DNA from: Eubacteriales bacterium
GTDB lineage: Bacteria; Bacillota; Clostridia; Lachnospirales; Lachnospiraceae
Direction: 5' to 3'
DNA length: 35,303 nucleotides
Assembly (NCBI GenBank): GCA_030533125.1
Contig: JAUNJS010000001.1
Span: forward strand, 1 to 35,303
The position numbers and the translations under genes were made by a program. The notes beneath the pieces were generated by a model. The model searched no databases. It was not told the origin of the DNA and saw only the letters and a list, made by a program, of their open reading frames with translations. This document shows, piece after piece, positions 1 through 7,799 of the stretch; positions within the stretch are counted from its first letter, which is position 1, and the number at the start of each line of letters is the position of its first letter.

Positions 1-661
1 AGAAACTCTGGATAATTGTGTTTTTATTCTCCGCTGCCAGATAAGCATCTGCGTCAATTACCGCGATTGAATGCCGGTCCGCAAAAGTGATTTCCGTCGT
101 TCTGGCTGGTATTTTTGAGTTTCTGAGTTCGGCAACCGTCAGATCACCACCCCAGATCACTCGGACATTACAAATACCGGAAAAGGTATCCGTTATTTCC
201 TGGACAGGGGGAAACCGTACAAAAACAACATAAGGTGACAGCACCTGATGCATTGTCCGCAACAGTTCATCTATAGCCTCGCTGATGATTCTCACCTGTT
301 CGTAGTCTTTACCGGGAAGTCGTACGATATTAGCATTTCCGGCCAAAAGCCCCGCCGCAAAGCTGAATGCAAAGTTCACCGCTACATTGGAAGGTGTACT
401 GTGAAAGACAATCCCTTTTCCGAGTCTTTCTCCAATGTCATCATACTTCGCTTTTTCCTGCAACAGCGCTTGTTTGCGGCACCAGAAACCAAACGTTGCC
501 ACATCTGGATAGGCGCGGTTTTTACGGAGAATTATGGACAAATCATTCAGAAAAGCAATCACTTTATCGTCAAAAGGACGAAGTTCCCTGACATCCTTCA
601 TCGCCTCCACTGTTTCAGGAGTGCCAATGACATACTGTAGATCTTTAAAATTTAACTGCAT
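1..661 (-). CDS. LuxC-family acyl-CoA/acyl-protein reductase, N-terminal part (runs off left edge; absent from the ORF track)
   Basis: Hand translation from ATG at 661: MQLNFKDLQYVIGTPE...YPDVATFGFWCRK...RLGKGIVFHSTPSNVAVNFAFSFAAGLLAGNANIVRLP...VRVIWGGDLTV...EITFADRHSIAVID...QSF. No stop before position 1. The motifs are typical of LuxC-like reductases. The start overlaps the luxE-like stop by 17 nt. Confidence 0.88.
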   Translation of the reverse strand, partial: MQLNFKDLQYVIGTPETVEAMKDVRELRPFDDKVIAFLNDLSIILRKNRAYPDVATFGFWCRKQALLQEKAKYDDIGERLGKGIVFHSTPSNVAVNFAFSFAAGLLAGNANIVRLPGKDYEQVRIISEAIDELLRTMHQVLSPYVVFVRFPPVQEITDTFSGICNVRVIWGGDLTVAELRNSKIPARTTEITFADRHSIAVIDADAYLAAENKNTIIQSF

Positions 662-1733
662 AAGTATCACTGCACCCCCTTATTTCCGCATTTTTAAGAC
701 GGCCACTGATTGCAAAATATTTTCCCTTGCGGCCACACGGACAGTCATCTTCTCCAAGCACAATACCCTCGTCTTCCGTAAGCAGGCTATGACCCGGATA
801 AGACTCCGGAATCGTGCTCACTACCTGGACAATCCCGTTCTCCCCGGGATCTGCCACCGAAAAATCCAGGGGTCTGCGAATAATCACATCCGAGAAATTA
901 CTCGCATGGAGATGCCCGCACTCACATTCCATATAAATGCAGCCGGTCTGTTCTACCATACCATAGTAGTCATGTATATCATGGAGACCGCAGACGTCTT
1001 CCAGACGTTTATGAAAGTCGTCGTGGCTTACTGCTTCGGAAATAAGTTTTTTCCATCCGCCGCCGTGAATAAGGATCCCATTAGATAAATCAAATGTTAT
1101 TCCCTGTTCTTTCAGTCTCAGCAACTCTTTATAAAAGTGCTGCCAGATCATAAACGTGAAGCCAAAAAGCAGGATTTTCCGGCCTTGATATTTCTCCAGA
1201 AAATCCTGTACTCCGGCAATGTCCATTTTCATATCGTCATCCAGCGCATAAATTTTTTTGGAACCAAAGATAGAGAATCCAAGAATTCCGGCACCCCGGG
1301 CAGAGAACATAGCTCTGTTTTTAATTACACCGGGGCAGTCGATAATGATCATCGGCATACGGCCGGAGCCTGTAAACTCGGAAACAATCTTAACCATTGT
1401 CTTCTGCTGATTGGAAGATGTCTCGCGATCCAGATAAATCCTGCTCACAGCCTGCCCTGTTGTCCCAGAGGATGTCATGGTCTTGACTATTTCCTCTTGG
1501 GACACGGAACGTAAATTCATTTCTTTAAAAAGACGAACGGGTAAAAAGGGCAGGTCTTTGCAGGTCCTGATTTCGTTTATATCAAATTGAACGGCTTCCA
1601 GCATCCGCGCGTACTCAGGGCAATTTCTCTGATGAAGTATCGTCAATTCCTTCAGCCGTTCCGTGAGCATCTTCTCCTTTTCCTCTTTGGGAAGGGAATA
1701 AGGAGCTATCTTTAGAATCTCATCAAACGTCAT
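645..1733 (-). CDS. LuxE-family acyl-protein synthetase
   Basis: LPFLPVRLFK, TSSGTTG P-loop, HGGGWKK, DYYGMVEQ, SYPGHSLLTEDEG, CPCGRKG and C-terminal EIRGCSD containing the acylatable Cys. Confidence 0.9.
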   Translation of the reverse strand: MTFDEILKIAPYSLPKEEKEKMLTERLKELTILHQRNCPEYARMLEAVQFDINEIRTCKDLPFLPVRLFKEMNLRSVSQEEIVKTMTSSGTTGQAVSRIYLDRETSSNQQKTMVKIVSEFTGSGRMPMIIIDCPGVIKNRAMFSARGAGILGFSIFGSKKIYALDDDMKMDIAGVQDFLEKYQGRKILLFGFTFMIWQHFYKELLRLKEQGITFDLSNGILIHGGGWKKLISEAVSHDDFHKRLEDVCGLHDIHDYYGMVEQTGCIYMECECGHLHASNFSDVIIRRPLDFSVADPGENGIVQVVSTIPESYPGHSLLTEDEGIVLGEDDCPCGRKGKYFAISGRLKNAEIRGCSDTYAVKF

Positions 1734-1743
1734 ACCTTAAACC

Positions 1744-2454
1744 TCACATAGTCCCAATTATCGTTTCATTAATCACTTCCGCCATTTTGCGGTATAGCTG
1801 ATTGATGAAAAAATGATTCTCTCCAAGTTGATAATACTCAATTTCCCCTTGAATTAACTCTTTCCATTTTACAACATCCAAAAACGCCGTATCCTTCTCG
1901 CTGTAAAATACAGTTGCGTCCACCATAAGTCTGTCAGAATAACCTGGAAATCTGTATTCAAAAAACCGTCGGTAATCATTCAGCATCGGATTGATGTAGA
2001 TTTCACGGAACCGCTGATTCTTCAGCAGTCTCTCATCCAGTCCGCCAAGCTCCGCAACCCTCTGCAGAATTCTTTCTTCTGTTGGATTCGCAACTTTTCT
2101 CAGTTCCAAGGCTCTTTCTTTTGGAGAAACCTCTGCTGCAATAAAGAAATGTCTCAGTTCTCCGGGAATGGCTTTTCGCGCCAGGATCTCATAAGCCAGC
2201 ACACTGCCCATGCTGTACCCCATCATGCAATAGGGAATCTCCTCCCTGCGCTTTTCACGGCAATAATTGACGGCATCCTCAAGCATTTCCTGAAAGCTCA
2301 CAGAAAGCGGCTCTTTTGCACGCGTTCCACGTCCCGGATACTCAACGGCTACAACCTCAATCTCCGCATTTATCAATCCCGTTAGTTTTCCGAATGCTGC
2401 TGCGCTCCCGCCGGCATACGGCAGGATAAACAGTTGGATTTTTTTACTCTGCAT
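1744..2454 (-). CDS. Type II thioesterase (alpha/beta hydrolase)
   Basis: LFILPYAGGSA, EYPGRG, GYSMG nucleophile elbow and C-terminal NHFF. Start moved to ATG 2454, which overlaps the upstream stop by 11 nt. Confidence 0.85.
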   Translation of the reverse strand: MQSKKIQLFILPYAGGSAAAFGKLTGLINAEIEVVAVEYPGRGTRAKEPLSVSFQEMLEDAVNYCREKRREEIPYCMMGYSMGSVLAYEILARKAIPGELRHFFIAAEVSPKERALELRKVANPTEERILQRVAELGGLDERLLKNQRFREIYINPMLNDYRRFFEYRFPGYSDRLMVDATVFYSEKDTAFLDVVKWKELIQGEIEYYQLGENHFFINQLYRKMAEVINETIIGTM

Positions 2455-3862
2455 AATACTTCGTAAGTTCTTTGTATAAAACCTTGCCTGCATCATTTTT
2501 GGGAATTGCGTTTATAACAACCACTTTAAACGCGGCAGGATTCAGTTTTGTCTTTGCAGCCACAAAATCGCGCACAGGCTCACAGTAAATGTTATCCGTC
2601 ACAAAAATATACATGTAGTCGTCCACACCGCCGCTTACTGCCTCAATATTAAACTTCCCTTTCACCAAACGGTCAATTTCATCAAGGTTCACTCTGTTTC
2701 CGTAGATTTTCAGGAACCTTTTTTTCCTGCCGACAATGTAATAGTAGCCATCCGCGTCAAACTGTGCCATATCGCCCGTCTCCAGAAGCCCGTGACGCTC
2801 ATCTCCCCTGCTCAGGTCCTCCCCGCACTCCGCATAACCGAGAGTGACGTTTTTCCCTTCATACACAAGTTCTCCGGTGGTCATCGGCTCTGTGATTTCA
2901 ACACCATCGGCACCGACAAGATGAAAAGCTCCGCCGGGAATAGGAATCCCCATGGAGCCCTTCTTTTCAACAGCCTTCTCCGGCGGAAGATAGCCCATTC
3001 GGGATGTCGCTTCCGCTGCGCCGTACATGACTACAAACTTCCTGCCCCGCTCCTGCGCATATGTGGCAAATTTCTCATGAAGTTCCGGAGTGATCTTCCC
3101 TCCTGCCTGTGTCATTGTCTTGAGACTCGGGAGCTTCATTCGATAAAAACGCAGTTTATCCAGCATTTCATAAGTATACGGAACTCCCCCGAAAGAAGTC
3201 GCTTCGGCTTCTCTGAAAAACTTCCAGAACTCTTTTTGCATCAGGCCCTTATCTGTTAACAATAAAGTCGCACCAACGAGAAAATGAGAATTTATAATGG
3301 ACAGGCCGTATACATAGTTCATGGGAAGCGTTGTAATCGGCCGCTCCGTATCATCCAGCTCCAGATACTGCGCAATCGAACCGGCATTGTCCGCGACATT
3401 TAAATAAGACTGCCGTACAAGCTTCGGGGAACCGGTCGAGCCGGAGGTCGTTATCAGCAAACCAAGTTCATCAAAAAGGGGATACTCTTTGTTATATCCC
3501 GACTTCAAGAGAACATAATCATACGCCTCATATTCCACAGACATATGTGGAAACTGTACCTGTTGATCCTTTGGAACCCAGAGAAACGCAGGCTGATATG
3601 TCTGAAGCAGGTTGTCCAGCAGAGACGCATCAAGATGGCTGTTAACCATAACAGGGACAATGCCGTTATTGATAAATGCCGTATAACCTAACACTGAGCC
3701 AATCTGATTCCGGCATAGAGAAAACACAAGGCATCGACGCCCTATTCTGGCAGCAAGAATACATGACTCAGTGTTTAACAGATCATATGACATTGTGTTC
3801 CCGAATTCATCTAACAGGGCTGTCTTACCTGCATGGTTTTCAAGATTCCAGATCATTCCCAT
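2444..3862 (-). CDS. Stand-alone adenylate-forming enzyme (AMP-binding, acyl-ACP/CoA ligase)
   Basis: TTSGSTGSPK, QAGG, YGAAE, ETGD, GRKKR and PKNDAGK motifs. The ATG overlaps the ACP stop (TAATG). Confidence 0.9.
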   Translation of the reverse strand: MGMIWNLENHAGKTALLDEFGNTMSYDLLNTESCILAARIGRRCLVFSLCRNQIGSVLGYTAFINNGIVPVMVNSHLDASLLDNLLQTYQPAFLWVPKDQQVQFPHMSVEYEAYDYVLLKSGYNKEYPLFDELGLLITTSGSTGSPKLVRQSYLNVADNAGSIAQYLELDDTERPITTLPMNYVYGLSIINSHFLVGATLLLTDKGLMQKEFWKFFREAEATSFGGVPYTYEMLDKLRFYRMKLPSLKTMTQAGGKITPELHEKFATYAQERGRKFVVMYGAAEATSRMGYLPPEKAVEKKGSMGIPIPGGAFHLVGADGVEITEPMTTGELVYEGKNVTLGYAECGEDLSRGDERHGLLETGDMAQFDADGYYYIVGRKKRFLKIYGNRVNLDEIDRLVKGKFNIEAVSGGVDDYMYIFVTDNIYCEPVRDFVAAKTKLNPAAFKVVVINAIPKNDAGKVLYKELTKYYAE

Positions 3863-4104
3863 TAGAATATTACCCCATACTCTTCTTTGGTTAGGATTTC
3901 CTTTCCTTTTTCATAGGAACTCAGATCAATAATATCATCCGTATCCATCATAATGTCAAAAGTCTCTTCCAAGGCCGCAACAAGTCCCATGTGCCCGACA
4001 GAATCCCATGCTTCAATATCTTGGTATTTCAGTCCTGGAAGCCGGTTTTCACCGATCTCAAAAGTCGTTGTAAAAGCCTGATTGTATTTTTCCAGATTGG
4101 TCAT
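3862..4104 (-). CDS. Acyl carrier protein
   Basis: 80 aa acidic protein with WDSVGHM phosphopantetheinylation motif and LEETFDI. AAAGGAG RBS before ATG 4104. Confidence 0.88.
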   Translation of the reverse strand: MTNLEKYNQAFTTTFEIGENRLPGLKYQDIEAWDSVGHMGLVAALEETFDIMMDTDDIIDLSSYEKGKEILTKEEYGVIF

Positions 4105-4276
4105 TTTTTTCTCCTTTCTGAATGATGTAAGGACAGTGTTCCCTGACGTAGTAAGAGCCACCGGATTCCTAAACATATCTTCTCTATTTCTTTATTCATT
4201 CTTATGACTATAGGATTGCGCTCCGAACGTGTATGAATACATTTGCAACCATCCGGCTCGCTGTTTCATTCATAAC

Positions 4277-5023
4277 TTAAACTTGCGCTCCCCCATCAAC
4301 CCCTATAATCTCTCCAGTTACATATCCAGCCAGATCTGACGCCAGAAAAACCAGAACATTCGCAACATCCAAAGGTTCTCCAAGACGACCCATCTTCACA
4401 TTTTTCAGGTTTTCCGCGATCTTTTCATCCCCGATCGCCTGTAGAAGACCTGTGTTAATAAGGCCGGGTGCCACAGCATTTACACGTATCCCATGAGGAG
4501 CCAATTCTTTTGCGGCTGCTTTCGTCAAAGCGGCGACAGCTCCTTTGGACGCGGAATAAACCAGCTGCCCTGCTGCCCCCTCCACTCCAACAATACTTGA
4601 AATATTGATGATACATCCTGATTTCTGCCGAACCATTAATCGGTTGGCCAACTGAATCATATTTATGACAGCAAAAACGTTGATATCGAAGACGTCCTTG
4701 ACAAGTTTCTGACCGATCATCCCTATGACATTATCGCGCATAATGCCCGCATTGTTCACCAGCACATCGAGCCTGCCGTGTCTCTTTTTCACCTCCATGA
4801 TAGCCGCTTTTGCCGCGCGTTCGTCTGTCACGTCAAAATACAGAGGAGTAATATCTGTATGATATTTTTCGGATAATATATCTACCAGACTATCCAGACT
4901 CCCGTCCTGATAATCCGTAACATAAAGAACAGCGCCCTCCTCAGCGAACCTGTATGCTGTCTCTCTGCCGATTCCACGACTGGCGCCTGTAATCATACAT
5001 ACCTTATTGGTAAGCAGCTCCAT
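4277..5023 (-). CDS. SDR oxidoreductase, FabG-like 3-oxoacyl-ACP reductase
   Basis: TGASRGIG, LVNNAG, YSASK, RVNAVAPG and VDGG motifs. GGAGG RBS. Confidence 0.9.
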   Translation of the reverse strand: MELLTNKVCMITGASRGIGRETAYRFAEEGAVLYVTDYQDGSLDSLVDILSEKYHTDITPLYFDVTDERAAKAAIMEVKKRHGRLDVLVNNAGIMRDNVIGMIGQKLVKDVFDINVFAVINMIQLANRLMVRQKSGCIINISSIVGVEGAAGQLVYSASKGAVAALTKAAAKELAPHGIRVNAVAPGLINTGLLQAIGDEKIAENLKNVKMGRLGEPLDVANVLVFLASDLAGYVTGEIIGVDGGAQV

Positions 5024-5065
5024 GGATAACCTCCCACAGTATTCCGTATAGATGATTTTTTATGT

Positions 5066-5788
5066 TTACATATGTTTTACAAGAGAATAAGACATCGCTT
5101 CAACTTTGAATCCCAACAGCTCATGCAATTTCAAAACCGGGATATTGTTTGATGAGACTCCCGTTACTACGGATTTGTTTCCACGATTTTTCTGTTCAAG
5201 AAGTTCCACATACAGAGGAGCAAATCCAAGGCCTTTATTCATATAGTCCGGAAATACACCCCCAATAAAATTTGTACATACACCCTTCTCTTCTGTAAAA
5301 ATCTCAAACCCGATCGGCTTATTCTTATAAGTGGATAATACTGTGATCCCTCCATTATTTAGAATATCTCCCGACCAGTGCGCGTATCTTGCTCCCGACT
5401 GTTTTTTTCCGAAATACGGATCCAGCGCAACCTTGTCTGTCACAAACATATCACCCTGTCGGACTATGTCAATTATGGTTTGAATTTCCTGTTTGTCTGC
5501 ATATCTATGGCCCAATACCTTTTCATAACGTTTAAATACAGCCGGTAAAGCAATCGTATCAAGACTTCGTTTCAGCTGAATATTCATTTCGATTAATCGA
5601 AATCCGTTCTCCTGTGCTTTTATCAATGCAGACGCATTTGCTGAAGCAATATGTAAGACCTGATATACATATTCAGAATTCCAGACGACGTCCAGGTCCT
5701 CAAGCCTGTCGGCCGCGGACACGTAATACTCAATACTCGATATTACGCCCAGGTTTCTGTATTCCCATGGAGTTTCCTTGATCTTCAT
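5066..5788 (-). CDS. GNAT-fold acyltransferase (WecD-like amino-sugar N-acyltransferase, putative)
   Basis: C-terminal GNAT pattern GVFPDYMNKGLG...VVTGVSSNNIPVLKLHELLGF. It lies directly after the aminotransferase and priming transferase. Confidence 0.6.
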   Translation of the reverse strand: MKIKETPWEYRNLGVISSIEYYVSAADRLEDLDVVWNSEYVYQVLHIASANASALIKAQENGFRLIEMNIQLKRSLDTIALPAVFKRYEKVLGHRYADKQEIQTIIDIVRQGDMFVTDKVALDPYFGKKQSGARYAHWSGDILNNGGITVLSTYKNKPIGFEIFTEEKGVCTNFIGGVFPDYMNKGLGFAPLYVELLEQKNRGNKSVVTGVSSNNIPVLKLHELLGFKVEAMSYSLVKHM

Positions 5789-5791
5789 CCC

Positions 5792-6382
5792 TCAATTCCT
5801 ATATACATTTTTCCGTGTAAAAACCGTTTTTATTGTTTTAAGCAATATTTTCAAATCAAGCAAAAAGGACAGGTTCTTCGCATAGAAGACATCCCCGTCA
5901 AACCGTTGATCCAAAGTGGACGAATTGCGGTAATATGCCTGGCTGTATCCCGTGATTCCAGGATTTACTTTTAATTTTTCAATATCTCCGGGACGATATG
6001 TCGTTGTTTCAGAACCCGGGAGATCCGGTCTGGGGCCGATGAAGCTCATTTCACCCTTCAGAACGTTTAAAAGCTGGGGAGTTTCATCGAGACTCGTCTT
6101 TCTTAATATTTTCCCGATTCTGGTGACCCTTGGATCGTCTTCTGAATTATACGTCGTTCCATCTGCATTTCTCAAATCCGGTGCGTTGACCTTCATAGAA
6201 CGGAACTTGAACATCTTAAAAATCTTCCCATTCCGCCCCAGCCGGGGAGCATTGTAGAAGACAGGCCCCTTGTCCTCCATCTTGATCAGAGGCGCAACTA
6301 TAAGATATATGATGAGAAAAAAGGGAAGGCCAATGATGGAGAACACAATACTCAACAACCGTTTTATGTATTTTCTGTACAT
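5792..6382 (-). CDS. Monotopic phosphoglycosyl (priming sugar) transferase
   Basis: KRLLSI, FKMFKFRSM, DPRVTRIGKILRKTSLDETPQ, GPRP and PGITG motifs of bacterial sugar transferases. Confidence 0.93.
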   Translation of the reverse strand: MYRKYIKRLLSIVFSIIGLPFFLIIYLIVAPLIKMEDKGPVFYNAPRLGRNGKIFKMFKFRSMKVNAPDLRNADGTTYNSEDDPRVTRIGKILRKTSLDETPQLLNVLKGEMSFIGPRPDLPGSETTTYRPGDIEKLKVNPGITGYSQAYYRNSSTLDQRFDGDVFYAKNLSFLLDLKILLKTIKTVFTRKNVYRN

Positions 6383-6383
6383 C

Positions 6384-7703
6384 TCAGGCTCTCATTTCTG
6401 TTATAACATTTCTCAGGGTATCACTCACATATTCCACATCCTCATCAGATAGCAGTGTATGGAACGGCAGTGTGACTAAATTATGGTAGTAATCGTATGC
6501 ATTAGGATACGCGGAACAGTCTTTCCCGTACGCAGTCATCATTGGAAGCGGCTTATAGTGGACATTGGCGGCCACACCTCTTTCCGCCAGCATCACGATC
6601 ACCCTGTTTCGAGTCTCCTCGTCGATCCCGGGAATACGAATCGTATAGAGGTGGTTCGATGAATCCATATTATCGGTATGGTGTACCAGATGCTGGATCC
6701 CCAGCTCATCACAAACCTTGTCGTATGCTGTCAGGATCTGTCTTCTGCGCCGCAGCAGTCCCGGATATCGATCCAGCTGGCGAAGGCCTATGGCAGCCAT
6801 GATATCTGTCATATTGCATTTGTACCATGGACCTATGATGTCATATTCCCATGCGCCGACCCTGTTTTTCGTCAAGGCATCTTTGTTCTGTCCATGAAGG
6901 GAGAGCAGCTGATACATTTCATATAATTCACTGTTGTCTATTCCTTCAATCGGCAGCCATGTAGAAGCCCCGCCTTCCGCCGTTGTAAAGTTCTTGACAG
7001 CGTGGAAACTGAACGAAGAAAAATCCGCGATTCTGCCGCAGTACTTTTTTTCATTTCCGGTTATCCTGCTTGCTCCAAGAGAATGCGCGCAGTCCGCTAC
7101 TACTGCCACACGTCCGATCGACTTCTGAATGCGGGACGCGAGATCACCCATGGGAGAGCCATCGGATTCAATGGGTTTAAACAGCCCTTTCTTTTTCTCA
7201 ACGATCTCGTAAATCCGGTCATAGTCCGCGACAATTCCGCCGAGATCCACCGGAACCACAGCCTTTGTCTTCTCCGTGATAGCCTCTTCAAGCTTTTCGT
7301 AATCCATCTCCGGCATGTGCGTAACCGGATCTCCGTCCTTCCGGATATCTACGAACTTTACAGTCGCTCCGCAATGAATAGCAGCCGACGCCGTTGAGGT
7401 ATACGTATATGCAGGGACAATCACTTCATCACCGGGACCGACTCCAATCATTCGGAGATTGAGCTCCTCAGCCGCAGTCGCCGAGTTAAGACAGACAACC
7501 CTATGAGCGTACTTCAAACCAGCTTCCTCTTTACTGCAATCAATATCTGTCCTCCCGGTCTCGATATATGCAGCAAGACGACGCTCCAGCAGTTTAGTCC
7601 TGGGACCCGTTGTAATCCAGCCGCTTCTCAGCGTTTTAGCCACTTCTGCGATCTCAGATTCTGAAATGTCTGGGGGGCTGAAACTGATTGTACGTTTTTC
7701 CAT
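6384..7703 (-). CDS. DegT/DnrJ/EryC1/StrS PLP aminotransferase, AatB/WcfR-like (UDP-AATGal type)
   Basis: FSPPDI..EIAEV..TLRSGWITTGPRTK, SFSFHAVKNFTTAEGG, LSLHGQNKDAL, WEYDI...YKCNMTDIMA and NVHYKPLP match my recollection of the pneumococcal AatB/Bacteroides WcfR subfamily. GAGGA RBS before ATG 7703. Confidence 0.88.
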   Translation of the reverse strand: MEKRTISFSPPDISESEIAEVAKTLRSGWITTGPRTKLLERRLAAYIETGRTDIDCSKEEAGLKYAHRVVCLNSATAAEELNLRMIGVGPGDEVIVPAYTYTSTASAAIHCGATVKFVDIRKDGDPVTHMPEMDYEKLEEAITEKTKAVVPVDLGGIVADYDRIYEIVEKKKGLFKPIESDGSPMGDLASRIQKSIGRVAVVADCAHSLGASRITGNEKKYCGRIADFSSFSFHAVKNFTTAEGGASTWLPIEGIDNSELYEMYQLLSLHGQNKDALTKNRVGAWEYDIIGPWYKCNMTDIMAAIGLRQLDRYPGLLRRRRQILTAYDKVCDELGIQHLVHHTDNMDSSNHLYTIRIPGIDEETRNRVIVMLAERGVAANVHYKPLPMMTAYGKDCSAYPNAYDYYHNLVTLPFHTLLSDEDVEYVSDTLRNVITEMRA

Positions 7704-7799
7704 CTTTTTGTTCCTCAATTATCTATAGAAAACGATCTAAAGAGTTAATCAAATAAGAACCAAATGATTCAACAATACTTGTCCTAGAAAAAGGAGCAT

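Noticed and set aside
1-1733. Bioluminescence (lux) operon
   Set aside because: No luxA/luxB/luxD in the window, and the genes are coupled to ACP, ligase and glycan genes.
1744-5023. NRPS/PKS secondary-metabolite cluster
   Set aside because: No condensation or ketosynthase domain is visible. The context points to glycan acylation, although genes beyond the left edge are unseen.
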